Assembly: GCF_963921235.1 (NCBI RefSeq)
Contig: NC_086116.1
Span: forward strand, 61,382,001 to 61,446,000
Origin: Mobula hypostoma
Taxonomy: Eukaryota
Direction of reading: 5' to 3'
DNA length: 64,000 nt
Shown: positions 37,610-52,065 of the stretch, in pieces
Numbering within the stretch: position 1 is the stretch's first letter
How the letters are laid out: every line of letters starts with the position of its first letter
Translations under genes and position numbers: made by a program
Notes under the pieces: generated by a model
Databases searched by the model: none
Seen by the model: the letters and a program-made list of their open reading frames with translations, nothing else
What the model was told of the DNA's origin: nothing

Positions 37610-40153
37610 TGCAGAATAGTTAGGCTGGGAGGGATATGTTCCCTCATCCTGGTTTTAGTTAAAAGCCTATCAGCGGCATTCTGAATGAGTTGAAATTTGT
37701 CACTTGGATCACATTGTTTCCTCATTCTGATGTTTGGTCTGAACAACAACTGAACCTCTTGTTCATGTCTGTATGCTTTTATGCATTGAATTGCTGCCAC
37801 ACAATTGGCTGATCAGATATTTGCATTAATGAATGTAGAAGGTAGAACAAAGAACAGCACAGGAACAGGCCACTTAAGCATCATGCCAAACTCAACGAAT
37901 CCCTTCATATTCTGCCATTCTCTGCTGACCTAAAGGCCTTTTGAACAGCACAATTGTATCTCCTTCCACCAGCACCCCTCCTCGCCACATCGGGGCAGCA
38001 AGGTAGCGTAGTGGTTAGCTTAAACACTATTACAGCGCCAGCAACTCACATTCATTTCCCCACCACGCGGTCTGTAACGAGTTTGTATGTTCTTCCCATT
38101 ATCATGCGGGTTTCCACGTGTGGGTGGGTAGTTTAATTGGTCAAATGGGTGTAATGGGAGGGGGGGCACAGGCTCATTGGCCCAAAAGCATCTACTACTG
38201 TGCTGTATCTCTAAATAAAACAAATTTCTGGTTTTATTTGTACCTGGAAACCTATCTGTCTTTGAATAAGGAGGTATTAAATTTATTTCTCCCCCATAAT
38301 TTAAATCTGTCCCTGGATCAGTGGTTTAGAAATCTGGCTGCATAAGCACTGCATTCTGAAAGGGAAAGACAGAATTAATGAAAAAGAGACAGAAAGACGG
38401 AGGAAATTACACAGGGAATCAAACAGCCAAAGGGACCTAAATCAAGTTATTTTTTGAATTGTTAACAATATTGATATTTTACATCGTGAACGATTATTTC
38501 CTGCGGTTGGGGAATCAGTAGTCCATGAGATCTGCCACAGGTTATAGTGAATAAAAAATTGCATTAATATCTGAAGCAGGGAGAGCTTGGAAAGTGAACA
38601 GAGCAGCAAGGAGACAGAACAAGGCAGGATCGACTGGATATATTCCAATGCCTCATAACTATAGCAAAATCAAATGTTCTTTAGATGCAGCAGCTACTCC
38701 AGCGCCCAGTACTGGGTGCTAGCTTTAAATTCTTGACGGTGCTTCAAAGTTTCTAGTCAGAGAATTCAGTCGTCTAAAACTATGTATACTTATTGTGGGT
38801 TTTTAAAATTATTGTGTTCTTTATCTTTCGTGGGTTTTTTTGCTGCATCGGATCTGGAGTAACAATTGTTTTGTTCTCCTTTACACTTGAGCACAGCAAG
38901 TAACATTAAACAAATTTGAACATTTGCACAAATAATAATAATTTATTGTCTGCATTCTACCAACGTTTGAGTGGGAATCGGGGAACTTGTTCAGAAAGTT
39001 GGTCCACCTTCAAATATTCGTTTTTGACAGATCCATTATAAACAGGGTGGAGGATCTCTGAAAGGCAATGTTAATCTGAATATTAAAGATGCTGATTTTA
39101 ATTCTGCAGAGCTGGGTAGGTATTCATCCATACAGGGAGAAGGCCTGGTGCAGTAAACGACCCATGTTAAATGAAGCGTCACAATTAGAAGTCGGGAGGA
39201 ATCGTCTCCTATTTGTTTCCTGGAGATCTGCCCAGATGATTATTGTGGTGTTCAATCCATTTTACTTAAAAAGTGATGAAGAAGTGAAGCTTCCTTCTGT
39301 TCATCAGTTGTGACAAATTATCTGAAATGCGTCACCCAAGTATGCAAGTGGCGAGAGCAGGAGGATGCCATCTGGCCTCTTGAAGCACTGCCTGTCTTTT
39401 TGGCCTGGCTGGTCAGCAGAGTGAGTGAACCCACGTCCTTGGTGTTGCCAGCTCTATTTGAGTCACACAGCCAAGAAACGGTGAGCAAGCAGAGGCTGCC
39501 TTACACTTGCAGCAAACCCAGTGGGCTTGATGCCAATTGACTCTGGGAGATGGTACTGCCCCCACATTTGGCTGGACACTAAGGTCTGGTCATAATTGGG
39601 ATCTTGTGTGAGGACCCCAGGGAGGTGAGTATCCGAGGCAGAGACAGGGCTGTCTTGGGAAGTTTATCCGAAGAAGAAGTGGAAAATATCATTGAGTGCT
39701 ACTTTCTGCTGAAATCAGTCCCTCACATGGGATCAGCCCTGCCCAGAACTGTCTCACAACATGGGCCAACCAACACAGCTCTCTGCACTGTCACTCACCA
39801 GACCAGAGCCCGGTCAGCGAATGCCAACAGACTGTTCCTTATGGGAGCGTCAGTCTTTCCTGCACTCTCGGAGTCGCACATGAAGTTTCACACTCCCTCT
39901 TGCTCTCTCATTCACACACTCACACCCTTGCACTCTCACACTCAGGTGTACACAAACTTACGCTCATTTTCACACACACAAATCTGCAAAACTCACATTC
40001 ACAAAGTGACCCGGTGAGAGTTGGTTATAAGGTAAAGAGTGAGCTGGAGTAGGATAGGTAGATGGAGGAATACAGTGAGAGATACAGTGACTGAGATAGT
40101 GATGGATACAGAGAAAGAGAAAGACCCCCCCCCCCCCAGGATTTCAATATGTA

Positions 40154-40225
40154 CAGTACTGTACAAAAGTCCTAGGCACATATGCAGTATGTAGCTAGGG
40201 AGCCTAAGACTTTTGCACAGTACTG
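40154..40225. mobile_element. 72-bp Tc1-type MITE
   Basis: TIRs CAGTACTGTACAAAAGTCCTAGGC / GCCTAAGACTTTTGCACAGTACTG flanked by TA on both sides; second copy at 62771-63192. Confidence 0.8.
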
Positions 40226-43200
40226 TAGTAATTTTATGTATCACACTGCGCTGCTGTTGCAGAAAAATAAACAAATTTCATGGCTTATGTGAGTGATGAT
40301 AAACCTGGTTCTGATGTTGGTCTTTATTGTGGACTGAGAGTAGGAAAGGGGCAGAGAGGAATTCTGGTTGGGAAAACAGGAAGGAAGCGGGAAGCACCAG
40401 GGAGACGTTCTGTAATGATCAATAAAACAATTGTCTGGAATCAAATGACTTGCCTGGTGTCTCGGGGCTGGGAGTGTCAAAGCACCCCCGTCCCCCTGGC
40501 TCTGACATTCCTTCTCTGCCATCTGTCCCACAGCCCTCCCGCAGAACTCCTCCCTCGCCATTCCCAACATCCATTGCTTTCAATGTACCCAATGTTTTGG
40601 CCTCCACAGCCATCCATGGCGGTGAATTCTGCACATTCACCACCCTCTGGCTAAAAAAATTCCTCCTTGTCTGTGTTCTGAAGGGTCGTTCTTATTCTCT
40701 GAGACTGTGCTCTCTGGCCCTAGACTTCTCCACTGTAGGAAACATTCTCTGCACGTCCACTCTATTTAGGCCTTTCAGTATTCGATAGGTTTCATTAATT
40801 AGCTTTTTATTCCTGATTAATTTAAGAAGTGCTTAAATACTCCAATTCTGGACATGGTTTACAACTCCCAGCTCCAAATAGATGGTCCTGGCTACTGGAC
40901 TTAAACCAAAAACTGCAGCTACTATTATACTGCACCTACAGTATTTAAAACTTACTAATCCTGAGCACAGGCCCACCTCGGTGTTTTCATGCCTCGCTCT
41001 GGGGTCAATGAACAGGCATCCAATCGCATGATCCTATTAATAGAGTTGATGTACCCTCCCTGATTACAGCAATTATGAATCTGATTGGGGCATTAGTTTA
41101 ATTGCCCATGTAAACCCATTCAGTCTGACCTGCCATGTAAATCCCCTCGATCTGTGCTTGTGCCCACTGTGTCTCATCTGTCTCTTTGTACAAAGCAGTT
41201 CTGCGAGCACAGAGGCAGAAACTTGGAAAGGCATTATTATCATTCAGGATTGTGTTACACAGAGTGGGGATTAGGCACTATCCCTGGGCGATTGCTTCTC
41301 CTTGACCTTTATATTAGTCGGTTCAGTTGACAGCACTCGCACCTCTGAAAGATGTGTGCTTGGGGTTTGGACTCAGTATATTTACACAGCGTGGCACAGA
41401 ATTTTAGGTCAAATTCCATTGGTTTTCTCCTGGCAATTTGTCCAAAATTAAAGTTCCCACTAATTACATTTGGCATAATTTCCTGATTCTACATAATGAT
41501 TTCTGCAGTAAAGCCCACCAGACTCAGGCCCCGCCTACAATAATTGGTGCACCCACAGAGAGGGTGAGAACACAGCACCGGGACAGTACAGCCCCTTGGC
41601 CCAAAATGTGTGTTGAACCAATTAAATCGGTAATTGAATGACCAACTAAACTAATCTTTTCTGGCCCCACAATCTTCGTATCTTTCCATGTTCCTTATAT
41701 CCATGTGCCGATCTAAATGTCTCTAATGCCTCTACTTCTACCACCACCCCAGGCAGCACATTCTGGGCATCCACCACTCTCTGTGTAAAAAAACTTGCCC
41801 CTCACTTCCGCAAGCTTCCAGTCTCAGAAATAATCACCTCTATTGGGTGCTAAAACAAAAGTAGTTTTAGAATCAAATTTCTATCTCTTGAAAACTGACC
41901 AGAATGGCCCAGCATACCTGGAAGGTCTTCCATTTTAATCAAGCCATTTTCAGACTTTTTAAATTTAGTCCACAGTCTGGTACTGCTTGGAATCAGATGA
42001 ATCAGATTACTCTCACTATGAAGGGATTCACATTGTAATTAAAAAAATGTTTTTCCATGATTAAACCCATCTTTCTTGGACTAATCAAATGACAGCAAGT
42101 TGCCCTTTTAATATTACAAAGAGTATTTGGTGAGACAGCACACTTTATTTGTCAGATTTATTTTTAAACTGTGCAAGATTATGGAGTAAATCATTTTGAG
42201 TAGATGCTTGCTTGGTGACATAGGGGTTCAGAGAGGGAAGCGGTGATCGAACATTTCTCAAAATGAGTCCAGTTTGCACCTGATGGCACCAAAGCCAAAC
42301 ATCCTATCCCAAAACATGTCAGTCAGTTAAGAAACCAGATCTACATGGTCTAGCCAGTGAGGTGCAAGTCTTTAGTATCTAATTCTCATTGGAGAGGTGG
42401 AGTGCAAACTCTCCAAAAGTTGATCGGAGCAGTCGCTTATTTGGGACAACACTTAAAGAAAAAGAAACTAGTTCAGAAAAAATTACAGGGATGTATTTGT
42501 GACGCTCCATTGCATGATTGGGGCAGGAGATTATCGCCAAGCAGGTTCCTAACTAGTATCAGTTACACACACTTATGTGGCCATTAGATGCTACACTGTA
42601 CTTAGAGCAAACAATTTTTAAATAGTGACAGTTGTGTGTGTTTGTGTTCAAAAAGCAGTGATTTTTGTCATTGGTAGTTGGTGAGCAATGTGCAGTAAGA
42701 CAATTCGAAAGTGTTTTGCTCACTGTCGTTTCAAGCATTTAGGCTTGCAGATGCCAGAACAGGCCAGGAGTGAAAATGAAACAATTTCACTACTTCAACA
42801 AGTTAAGAACTACAAAGAATTTGAAGGTATCACCAATAATCTTAAACGTTACAATGAAAATGAAGACATGGAGGATGCAATCGTCGACAGCATTGTATGA
42901 AGGCAGTCCACTATCTGCACTAGGTGTCTATGCTGATTTTGTTCTTTTACTATCAATCAAAAGAACATGGCAGTGTACACTGGATAAATTCCTCCATCGA
43001 TGACTATTACGTTTTATAGTACCTCAGCACTATTGTTAGTGCTATAATTTGTTCTGTATTTTATTTAGATATATAATTTGTTACTCAGTTTTTCTTTTTT
43101 ATACCTTTTTAACTGTTTCCATGCAACTTTGGCTAATTGGGGCAGCTGCTTAATTGGGCCAAAATGTACTGGTCCTAATGTGCCCAAATTAACCGGAATT

Positions 43201-44967
43201 CACTGTAGTTGCTTAAGTTGGTAGAGATGAGTGATCAGTGCAACCTAGTTGATATTTTCCACACCTACTGGATAAATAATATCATCCCCAGGGGAATCAA
43301 AAGGGCCCACAATGTTATAAGCACCAGAATAAGTTGTTGTTATTTTACCGTCCCCACTTTGGAGTTCAATAAATGGGCTGGGGACTGGGGATTACAAAGA
43401 TATCAGTAACGCTACAAAGAGGAAATTATTTCACCTCAGAGGGGCAAATCAGCGCATCAAGGGACGGTGTGACAGCTAACTAAAAATGAGTCAGCCAGCA
43501 TAGTGGTTAGTGCGATCGATTTATAGCGCCAGCGATCATCACGGCTAAGGAGTTCGTACTTTCTCCCTATGAGCACGTGGATTTCCTCAAGGTGCTTCAG
43601 TTTCCTCCTACATTACAAAGACATATGGGTAGTGTTAGGGTTGGTAAGTTGTGAGCATGCTATGTTGACACCAGAAACTTGGTGATACATGCAGGCTGCC
43701 CCTGCACAATCCCTGCTGATTGGATTTGACGCAAGAGGCCCTTTTCACTGTATGTTTTGATGTACATGTGCAATAAAACTAATCTTCCAAATCTCATGTT
43801 AGAATGCAGCACCAAATATGTCCTTCTGCCCACTGGACTTCCACCTCTTGTCTTGATTAAGTTGTTGCAAACTTTGTTTTCCTTCTTGCTGCTGGGAAAG
43901 CTTACTCTGCATGCTGCTAGTTGTTCATTGAATCCAGATTCAGTCATCCTGAGAAAGGCTCCCAGGCCAGTCCTTGTGGAAATCAGCTGGGCCACTTTAT
44001 GGCATCAGTGAGCAAGCTAGAGATGAAGCCTCTCAGTATGGCGGATCTCAGGGGAAAACTCAGAGCTTCTCCTCAGATGTAGTTTATTGAAGGAAAACTG
44101 AGAAAGAATTCAGCAATAAAATGAACCCTTCCTAACATTTCCAACTTAAGTACAGAAATCTTTATGCTAGATCTTTGCCTGACAAGTGTATAATTTACCT
44201 TGTTTGGCATTTGGCTTCAATAAATAAGAATGACTTGTTTATGTAGGTAACTTATCCAACCGGGCCATCAGTGTCGGTTACAAGTAGCAATTTTTTACAC
44301 AAAATTGATTCCTCCTGACATGTTTAATGTCCTAAAATTTGTAAGCAAGCGTCACCTCATTTTCGTAACTGGCATAACATTTTTCTTCCAAAATACCTCT
44401 GAGTCAGAGCAATGCTTGGGGCCTATCAGACAAATGAAGCCTTTCAGAATTGCATTAATGTTGTTGCCGTCCTTAGCAGCTGTCAAGTACACGAAGTGTC
44501 TCTTCCACTTCTGGCCTTCCTCTCAACCACCTCCCGCACTCCTCTTCCCCCACCCCTCCTCAATTTCTCTCCCGTTGTACGCTGGGATAAGCTGTCACTG
44601 GCTTGGTAGACATGCTAGAAATATCATGATTGTCAGCTAACACAAACCTTCCACGGTGTCTGAACAGAATGAAAACGTGCTGCTGTTGAGTGCCCGCCTA
44701 TTCATCTTTATCAGTGCTCCGAGATGCAGCATTAACCCTGTAGTGAACTCACACATCGTTAACCACTGGGATTGCTTCATGAGGCCTACATAGATAGACA
44801 GTTATTTTTTCTCATATAGAATCAATACTTAATTCAGTAAGTCAATTTGTGTACAAAAATCTTGTGCCCTCCACTTAACAGACTTGGTAGGCCATGGCTT
44901 TTCATGCTTCCAGTATCGGTGTCAAGAATTCCTCTTCTCATCTTTAGCATGTGCAAAATGGAAAATA

Positions 44968-45920
44968 TACACTTAGTGGCCACTTTATTAGGTACACCTG
45001 TACACCTGCTCATGAATGCAAATATCTAATCAGCCAATCATGTGGCAGTAACTCAGTGCATCAAAGTATGCAGACACAGTCAAGAGGGTCAGTTGTTGTT
45101 CAGATCAAACACAGAGTGGAGAAGAAATGTAATCTTAGTTTTGGATTGTCACCAAAGATACTCATTAATTTCTATGGATTGACTTAGGAGAGCATTCTAA
45201 CTGGCTGTATCACTGTCTGGCATGTGGGGTGGACATTGCACAGGATCAAAAGAAGCTGCAGAAAGTTGTGAACTTAGTCAGCTTCATCATGGGCACGAGC
45301 CTCCATAGCATTCAGGACGTCTTCAAGGACTGGTGCCTCAGAAATGCGGCATCATCATTAAGGACCCCATCACCCAGGACATGAGCCCATCTCATTGCCA
45401 CCATCAGAGAGGAGGTACAGGAGCCTGAAGGCACACACTCAAGAATTCAGGAACAGCTTCTCCCCTCTGCCATCCGATTTCTGAATGGACATTGAACCCA
45501 TGAACACTACCTGACTACTCTTTTTATTTGTTTTTGCACAACTTACTTGATTTAACTATTTCATATGTACATGTATATGCTTACAGTAATTCACTTCTTT
45601 TTCCTCAAGTATTATGTATGCAAGGTGGTTGGAGTATACCAAAAATTGTTGATCACCTGGGCTTTTCACACACAACAGTCTCTAGTGTTTACGGAGAATT
45701 GTGCAAGAAAGAAAAAGCAACATCCAGTGAGCATCAGTTCTGTGGGTGTAAACGCCTTGTTAATGAGAGAGGTCAGAGGAGAATGGCCAAATTGGTTCAA
45801 GCTGACAGAAAAGTGACAATAATTCAATTACCATGTGTTACAACAGTGCTGAGCAGAAGAGATCTCCGAACGTACCACATGTTGAACATTGAAGTGAATG
45901 GGTTATGGCAGAAGCCTTGA
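44968..45920 (+). mobile_element. Non-autonomous Tc1-like element interrupted by a Rex1 fragment
   Basis: Terminus TA-CACTTAGTGGCCACTTTATTAGGTACACC; transposase N-terminal relic LGFSHTTVS...LVNERGQRRMAKLVQADRK; related pieces at 32540-32880 and 37700-37830. Confidence 0.65.
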
Positions 45921-46267
45921 TCTTCAGAGTTGGAACATTCTTCGTGACTTCTTCTGGTGCAGGTTGAATTGAAGACTTGGGAGGATGCTGTGGTTAGCAT
46001 GGAATTTGGGCTGAAGGGCTTGTTCCATGCTCTGTTACTTTATGACTCTGATTCCAGGCTTACTTAATACATGTTCTCAGCAGAGCAACAGCAGGAAAAG
46101 CTGAAAGAAGATAAGAATTGAATGAAATGAAAAGAAAAATAAGTAGCAAAAGAATTGGACACAGTGCCTCAGTGACACGCAAACTAATCCAGTCTTTGTT
46201 TGGGTCCTGTCTGGAAGTTTAGGGTCTGTCCGGTTCTGCATTACATTCTTTCAGTTGGTACCGCTGA

Positions 46268-46459
<192 letters not shown>

Positions 46460-46647
46460 TGAGTGATCGGGGGCGGTCAGGAGCCAGGTGCCTGGTGACC
46501 AATGGCCAGGCGTTGCCAGGTGGCCAAAGCCAGGCATTGCCAGGCCGAAGGCTCAAGGAGAGATACAGCACAGAAAGACCTCTGTGCAAACTAGCTATTG
46601 TTCTAAACTTCTCACTCTAAGAGGTGCAAAGCTTGCTGGAGTGAAGA

Positions 46648-46803
46648 CTATGGAGTGGAATCAACATTGAAGGTTTCTGGCTGAGACCCTGATGAAGGGT
46701 CTTGTCCAGAAACGTTGACTGTTTATTCCTGACCTGCTGAGTTTCTCCAGCATTTTGTGTGTCTTGCTCAGGATATCCAGCATCTTCAGAACCCCTTGTG
46801 TTT
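46648..46803. mobile_element. Fold-back Penelope terminal-repeat copy
   Basis: Short minus arm ending GGCTGAGACC joined directly to CTGATGAAGGGTCTTGTCCAGAAACGTTGACTG and the full tail. Confidence 0.7.
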
Positions 46804-47925
46804 AGGATTCTCCACTGCTGCAGTCACCAGGACTTTGGTGCCACTTGTGACTTGGTTGCATAATGATATTCATAATGTTTTGAAAAATAAGACCATAAGA
46901 CCCTAAGATATAGGAGCAGAATTAGGCTATTTGGCCCATTGAGTCTGCTCTGCCACTTCTTCATGGCTGATCACTTTTTCATCTCCTGCCTTCCCCTTCA
47001 TGCCTTGACTGGTCAAGAATCCATCAACCTCTGCCTTAAATATACATAATGACCTGGCCTCCACAACTGCCTGTGGCATCAAATTCCACAGATTCACCAC
47101 TCTCTGGCTAAAGAAATTCCTCCTCATCTCCATTCTAAAAGGACATGCCTCTATTCTGAGGCTGTGTGCTCTGGACTTAGACTCTCCCACAATAGGAAAC
47201 ATCCTCTCCGCATCCACCCTATCAAGGCCTTTCACCATTCGATAAGTTTCAATTAGGTCATCCTCTGATTGTTCTGGGAACCTGAGGATGATGTAGATCT
47301 GGGAACTCTGAGACTGATGGAGAGTTTGTGGTCTTGATGGTTAGATATTTGGTTGGAGAAGAATGGGAATTTATAGGGTGCCTGTAGATTTTGAAAGATT
47401 TCTTGAGATATAGTGATCTTGTACTACAACGGTGGAGAGGATAATAGATTTTGGCTTCGTGCTCTGTACCAAAAAACAATAGAGGATGGAAATGAATGAA
47501 TCTTTCAATGTGATGTAGGGTGGAACAGCATGTGAACCATAGGAGGAGAATGGTGGCAGGTGACCAACTTTTAAACTAATGATGCTTTGTGAATCCTTGT
47601 GTTCTTAAACTGGAATCTCGTTGTGGTGGTAGTTGGGGAGTTAATTGTGATTCTTTAGCTGGTTCAGAAACCTGACTTGGAATTTATTCATGTGGCCCAA
47701 TGGCATCGTTTTGGTGAAATTAAGGTCAAACTTCATCTAAGTGCCCCAGGATACTTCCCAATGGAATATCAGAAGCAAAGGCTAATGCATGCACTGGTAC
47801 AAGTATGGTCGTTTTGTAAGTGAGTCTGTAATTGAGAAGCGTTGACTAACAGTCCCAGTAAAGGCTTATTCCTGTGCTGCACATTTTGTGTAGTTTACCT
47901 AAAACAAGCCAATTGAAGATGTAAA

Positions 47926-48235
47926 GCCCTTTACCTTTTACACCTAGCACCTCCCAGCTTCCCACTTCATCCCACCCCCACCCCCACTGTCCCACTAACC
48001 TACCTTCCCCCTCGCTTGGTTTCACCTATCACCTTCTAGCTTGTCCTCTTTCCCTTCCCTCCAACTTCTTATTCTGACTTCTTCCCCCTTCCTTTCCAGT
48101 CCTAATGAAGGGTCTTGGCCTGAAACATTGACTCTTTATTGCTTTACATAGTTGCCTCCCGACCTGCTGAGTTCCTCCAGCATTTTGTGTGTGTTTCTCT
48201 GGATTTCCAGATCTGCAGAAACTCTTTCTTGTGTT
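47926..48235 (+). mobile_element. Penelope-like terminal fragment; decayed hammerhead at 48097-48134
   Basis: CAGTCCTAATGAAGGGTCTTGGCCTGAAACATTGACTC followed by the family tail. Confidence 0.7.
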
Positions 48236-50114
48236 TGTGTAATGTGAGTGAGGATTACAAGACTTGTACATCTCCTCCCCTCATTTCTAATGCAGGGAAT
48301 GCTGTTCATGTTTAAATTTCAAACGGCTCTCACATTGTTTAATGGCAACGACAGAGATCATTCCAAAATATGCCTCGGTGTCGCGTTTTCCTTAATGCTT
48401 CACACCCCTCATTGATTAAGCTGCAGGAAGATTAAGTACTCATTTAAAAGTAATAAAAATAAAGCAGATGCTTACTTTCCACAAGGCATAATGTTCTTAA
48501 TTGTGTGGATGTTGCTTCATTCATCACTGAACTGAGCGGGCTTGAGCAGTCACAAAAAGCAATCCACAGCTACCATGGCAACGGGTGGATGGGGCGAATT
48601 CGATAATCTTTATAAAATCTCCTGTGTCTTAATGCATCAGCCCCTACCACCAGGGATAGTAGTAGAGACTGATACTTTAGGACATTCAAGAGACTGTTAG
48701 GCATGTAGATGTAGAAAAAGGGAGGGTTATGGACCATGTAGAAGGGAAGAGTTACATTAATCATGGAGTAGGTTTATATTGGTTGTGTGCCAAAGAGCCT
48801 GTGCTATCCTCTGTTCTAAGTTGTATGGTCTGTATTCTAGTACTTGGAATGCTGCCGGTATTGTGATGCAGGATCTAGACCTGGAAATATTGATTCTGAG
48901 TGAAGAATGTTCTCCTTCTGAAAATGATCGATTTCCATCTCAGCAAGGATAATCTGGTGCTTAGTGCTTGGTCATCAATGTCGATATAAAGCATTTAAGA
49001 GGAAGTTAAGTAAAAAGAGAGCAGCGCTTGAATGCCGGTATTTATTCTCCACACATTCCCCCTCCCATTCTTCCTCATCTGACCACAACAAATCCAATTA
49101 TTCCTTCAGCCTTGTGGGTTCCCCTTTTCTCTTCAGCACATTGGTGCTGTTGACCTCAGCTGCCACCTACCACTACAAAGATCATAAATATTGTCCTAAA
49201 TTCCCTTTAGTCATTGCAAGCGACTGCTGTAGATTTGTTAGCCCTAATTCTGATATTGCCCAAGGGTTATGGCTTGTTTGGGTTTATTTTGCTTGAAGCT
49301 GAGGAGCAAACCTGATTGAGGTACACAATATTAAAAGAGGTGTTGGATCTGTTGATTGTGAACCAGAGGTTCTTCAGAAGGCAAGAATGAGGCATACAAC
49401 TTGGTGGACACACCTTCTTTATTAGATGTTACAACAACAGATTCAGATTCATTATAGTTATCACATGTGCATCCAAACATACAGTGAAATGCGCCGTATG
49501 CGTTAACAACCAACCCAACCTAAGAATGTGCTGGGGGCAGCCCGCAAGTGTCACCAGCGCCAACATAGAGCGTCCACAGTGCTCAGGCAAAAGGACACAG
49601 AGCACAGCAAAGCAGCACACAACAAGGAACAAAACAATGACAAAAAAAAGCCCCATTCCTCCCTCCCACCTACCTACCCATACACATACACAAGTCAGAC
49701 CAGAGAGCTAAGGCACATTCCATTGACAAGAGGTGACCTATGTAACAGGTTTAGTGGCTTGACACAGGCTGCAGAGAAACTTTAGAGAAGTATAGAATCA
49801 AATCTACTATAGGTACTGAAAAGTCACTTACACACATGCAAGTGATAATATAAAAATTATAACCAAGCCTGGAAAGTCAAACTACATAATTTAACTTTCC
49901 TATGCTTGCTTATCATTTTTAATCTATGCCCTAATCCAAGAGGGGCATGGATTGAGATAATAACAAACTTTTCCCCTTGGGAGGAGTGTCTGAAATGAGA
50001 GGGCATGGGTTTAAATGTGCAGTAAGAGGTTTAGAAGAGAAGGTGTGATGGGAATATGGAACAGAGAGCCAGGTACTCCCACAACATTTAAGATGTATCG
50101 AGACAAGCAAATAA

Positions 50115-50938
50115 ATCAGAATCAGAGTCAGGTTTAATAGGACTGGCATATGTCGCAAAATTTGTTAACTTTGCGGCAGCTGTACAGTGCAATACATGAT
50201 AAATATAGAAAAAACTGAATATCAGTAGTATTTATGTGTATATTAATTTGTTAAATTAAGACAATAAGTGCAAAAACAGCAATTTTAGAAAAAGTAGTAA
50301 GGTAGAGTTCATTGCTTCAGTGTCCATTCAGAAATCAGATGGCAGAGGGGAAGAAGCTGTTCCTGAATCCCTGAGTGTGAGCCTTCAGGCTTCTTTACCT
50401 CCTTCCTGATGGTAACGATGAGAAGAGGGCATGTCCTGGGCGATGGGGGTCAGTAATGATGGATGTATCTTCTGTACCTCCTTCCTGATGGTAACGATGA
50501 GAAGAGGGCATGTCCTGGGTGGTGGGATCCTTGATGATGGAAGGCACTTTTCTGAGGAATCACTTCTTGAAGATGTCTTGAATACTGTGGAAGCTAGTAC
50601 CCATGATAGAGCTGACTAATTTTACAACTCTCTGCGGCTTACTTTAATCCTGTGTAGCAGCCCCCCATCCCCACATACCAGGCAGTTTTGCAACTAGTCA
50701 GAATGCCCCATGGTACATCTGCAGAGGTTTTTGAGTGTTTTAGGTGACAAGCCAAAAACTGCTGATGAAATATAGGCGCTGTCTTGCCTTCTTTATAGCT
50801 GCATTGATACGCTGGGATCGGGTTAAATATTCAGAGATATTGACACCCAAGAACTTGAAATTGCACACTCTCTCCACTTCTGATCCTTCTATGAGGATTG
50901 GTTTGTGTTTCCTCAGCTTTCTGAAGTCCACAATCAGC
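50115..50938 (-). mobile_element. Rex1/Babar-type LINE 3' fragment
   Basis: ORF 50740..50931 DFRK...VERVCNFKFLGVNIS...KKARQRLYF; (CTGATT)n-like tail; internal tandem duplication at about 50398-50520. Confidence 0.75.
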
Positions 50939-51592
50939 TTGTAGGTCTTACAGCTTGTTGAGTCATCAAGCCATTAACAGCTTCATACCAAGTTATGGTA
51001 AATGGGGTTAATACTGAGCAGACCCAATGGGCTGAAACTATTACCATGATGCATGATTCTATGTCTGTAACACAGAATGGGTCCAGGAAAGGGGAAGGGG
51101 AAAGAGCAGGCTGGTGTAGAGTAGACACTTGGCAGGGAGTGACGTGAGAAAGTAAAGGGCAGAGAAGAAAGAGCGGGGGCCAGGCAGCGCTTCAAGGCAG
51201 CTGATTGAGAGTATGTTTAATTAAAATGGCCACCATAGGCTGAGGTTCACAATTAATTGATTGGAGCCGAGATTCATCTCTGAACTAATTTGATCTGACC
51301 ATGCAGTAATCATTTCATTTGTTCCAGTGTACCTGCTGTTATTACACAGCTATGATGCAATCAGGTCCAGATTAGCTGTAGAGTCCATATAAAAATCATG
51401 CTAATTGGCTTCAAATCTGGAAATGTTAACTTCTGAAAACAAAGAGCCAGGTGAAAATATTGAACACAGCTGATGTCAGCCTCGTCAGTTTGAGCTGGTT
51501 AGGAAAAAGAGGGATAGATTCACAATCCAGTGGGAAAGGAGTGGCTTGCTATTCTGAAGGGTGAGGTTCAAATGGTCAAAGAACCTCTTCAT

Positions 51593-52065
51593 AAGCACAA
51601 GGGATCCTGCAGATGCTGGAAATCCAGAGTAACACACACAAACTCAGCAGGCCAGGCAGCAGCTATGTAAAGGGATATAGAAACATAGAAAACCTACAGC
51701 ACAATACAGGCCCTTCGGCCCACAGTGCCGAACATGTACTTACTTTAGAAATTACCTATGGTTACCCATAGCCCTCTATTTTTCTAAGCTCCATGTACCT
51801 ATCCAGGAGTCTCTTAAAAGACCCTATCGTATCCACCTCCACCACCGTCACCGGCAGCCCATTCCATGTACTTACCACTCTCTGTGTAAAAAACTTACCC
51901 CTGAAAGCTGTCTCCTATCAAACTCTTCCTGCTGGTCTAACTCACTGATGTCCACATGCGTGCGCAGTCGTCGTTCGATCAAGAGTCAACGTTTTGGGCC
52001 TGATGAAGGGTCTTGGCCCAAAATGTCTGTTCCTTTCCATAGGTGCTACCTGACCTGCTGAGGAA
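51593..52065. mobile_element. Fold-back Penelope terminal-repeat copy interrupted by a minus-strand CR1 3' fragment (about 51667-51903)
   Basis: Minus arm 51593-51666 resumes at about 51980 (AAGAGTCAACGTTTTGGGC) and joins CTGATGAAGGGTCTTGGCCCAAAATG. Confidence 0.65.

Larger units (their letters stand above)
36930..37700 (-). mobile_element. L2-clade LINE 3' fragment, interrupted by the fold-back element
   Basis: After removing the insertion it reads QLIQNAADRLLTKT...HIPPSLTILHWLP, then YAPELWNSIP; L2-like 3' end TAAAGCACTTTGAACT and short TAT tail. Confidence 0.8.
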
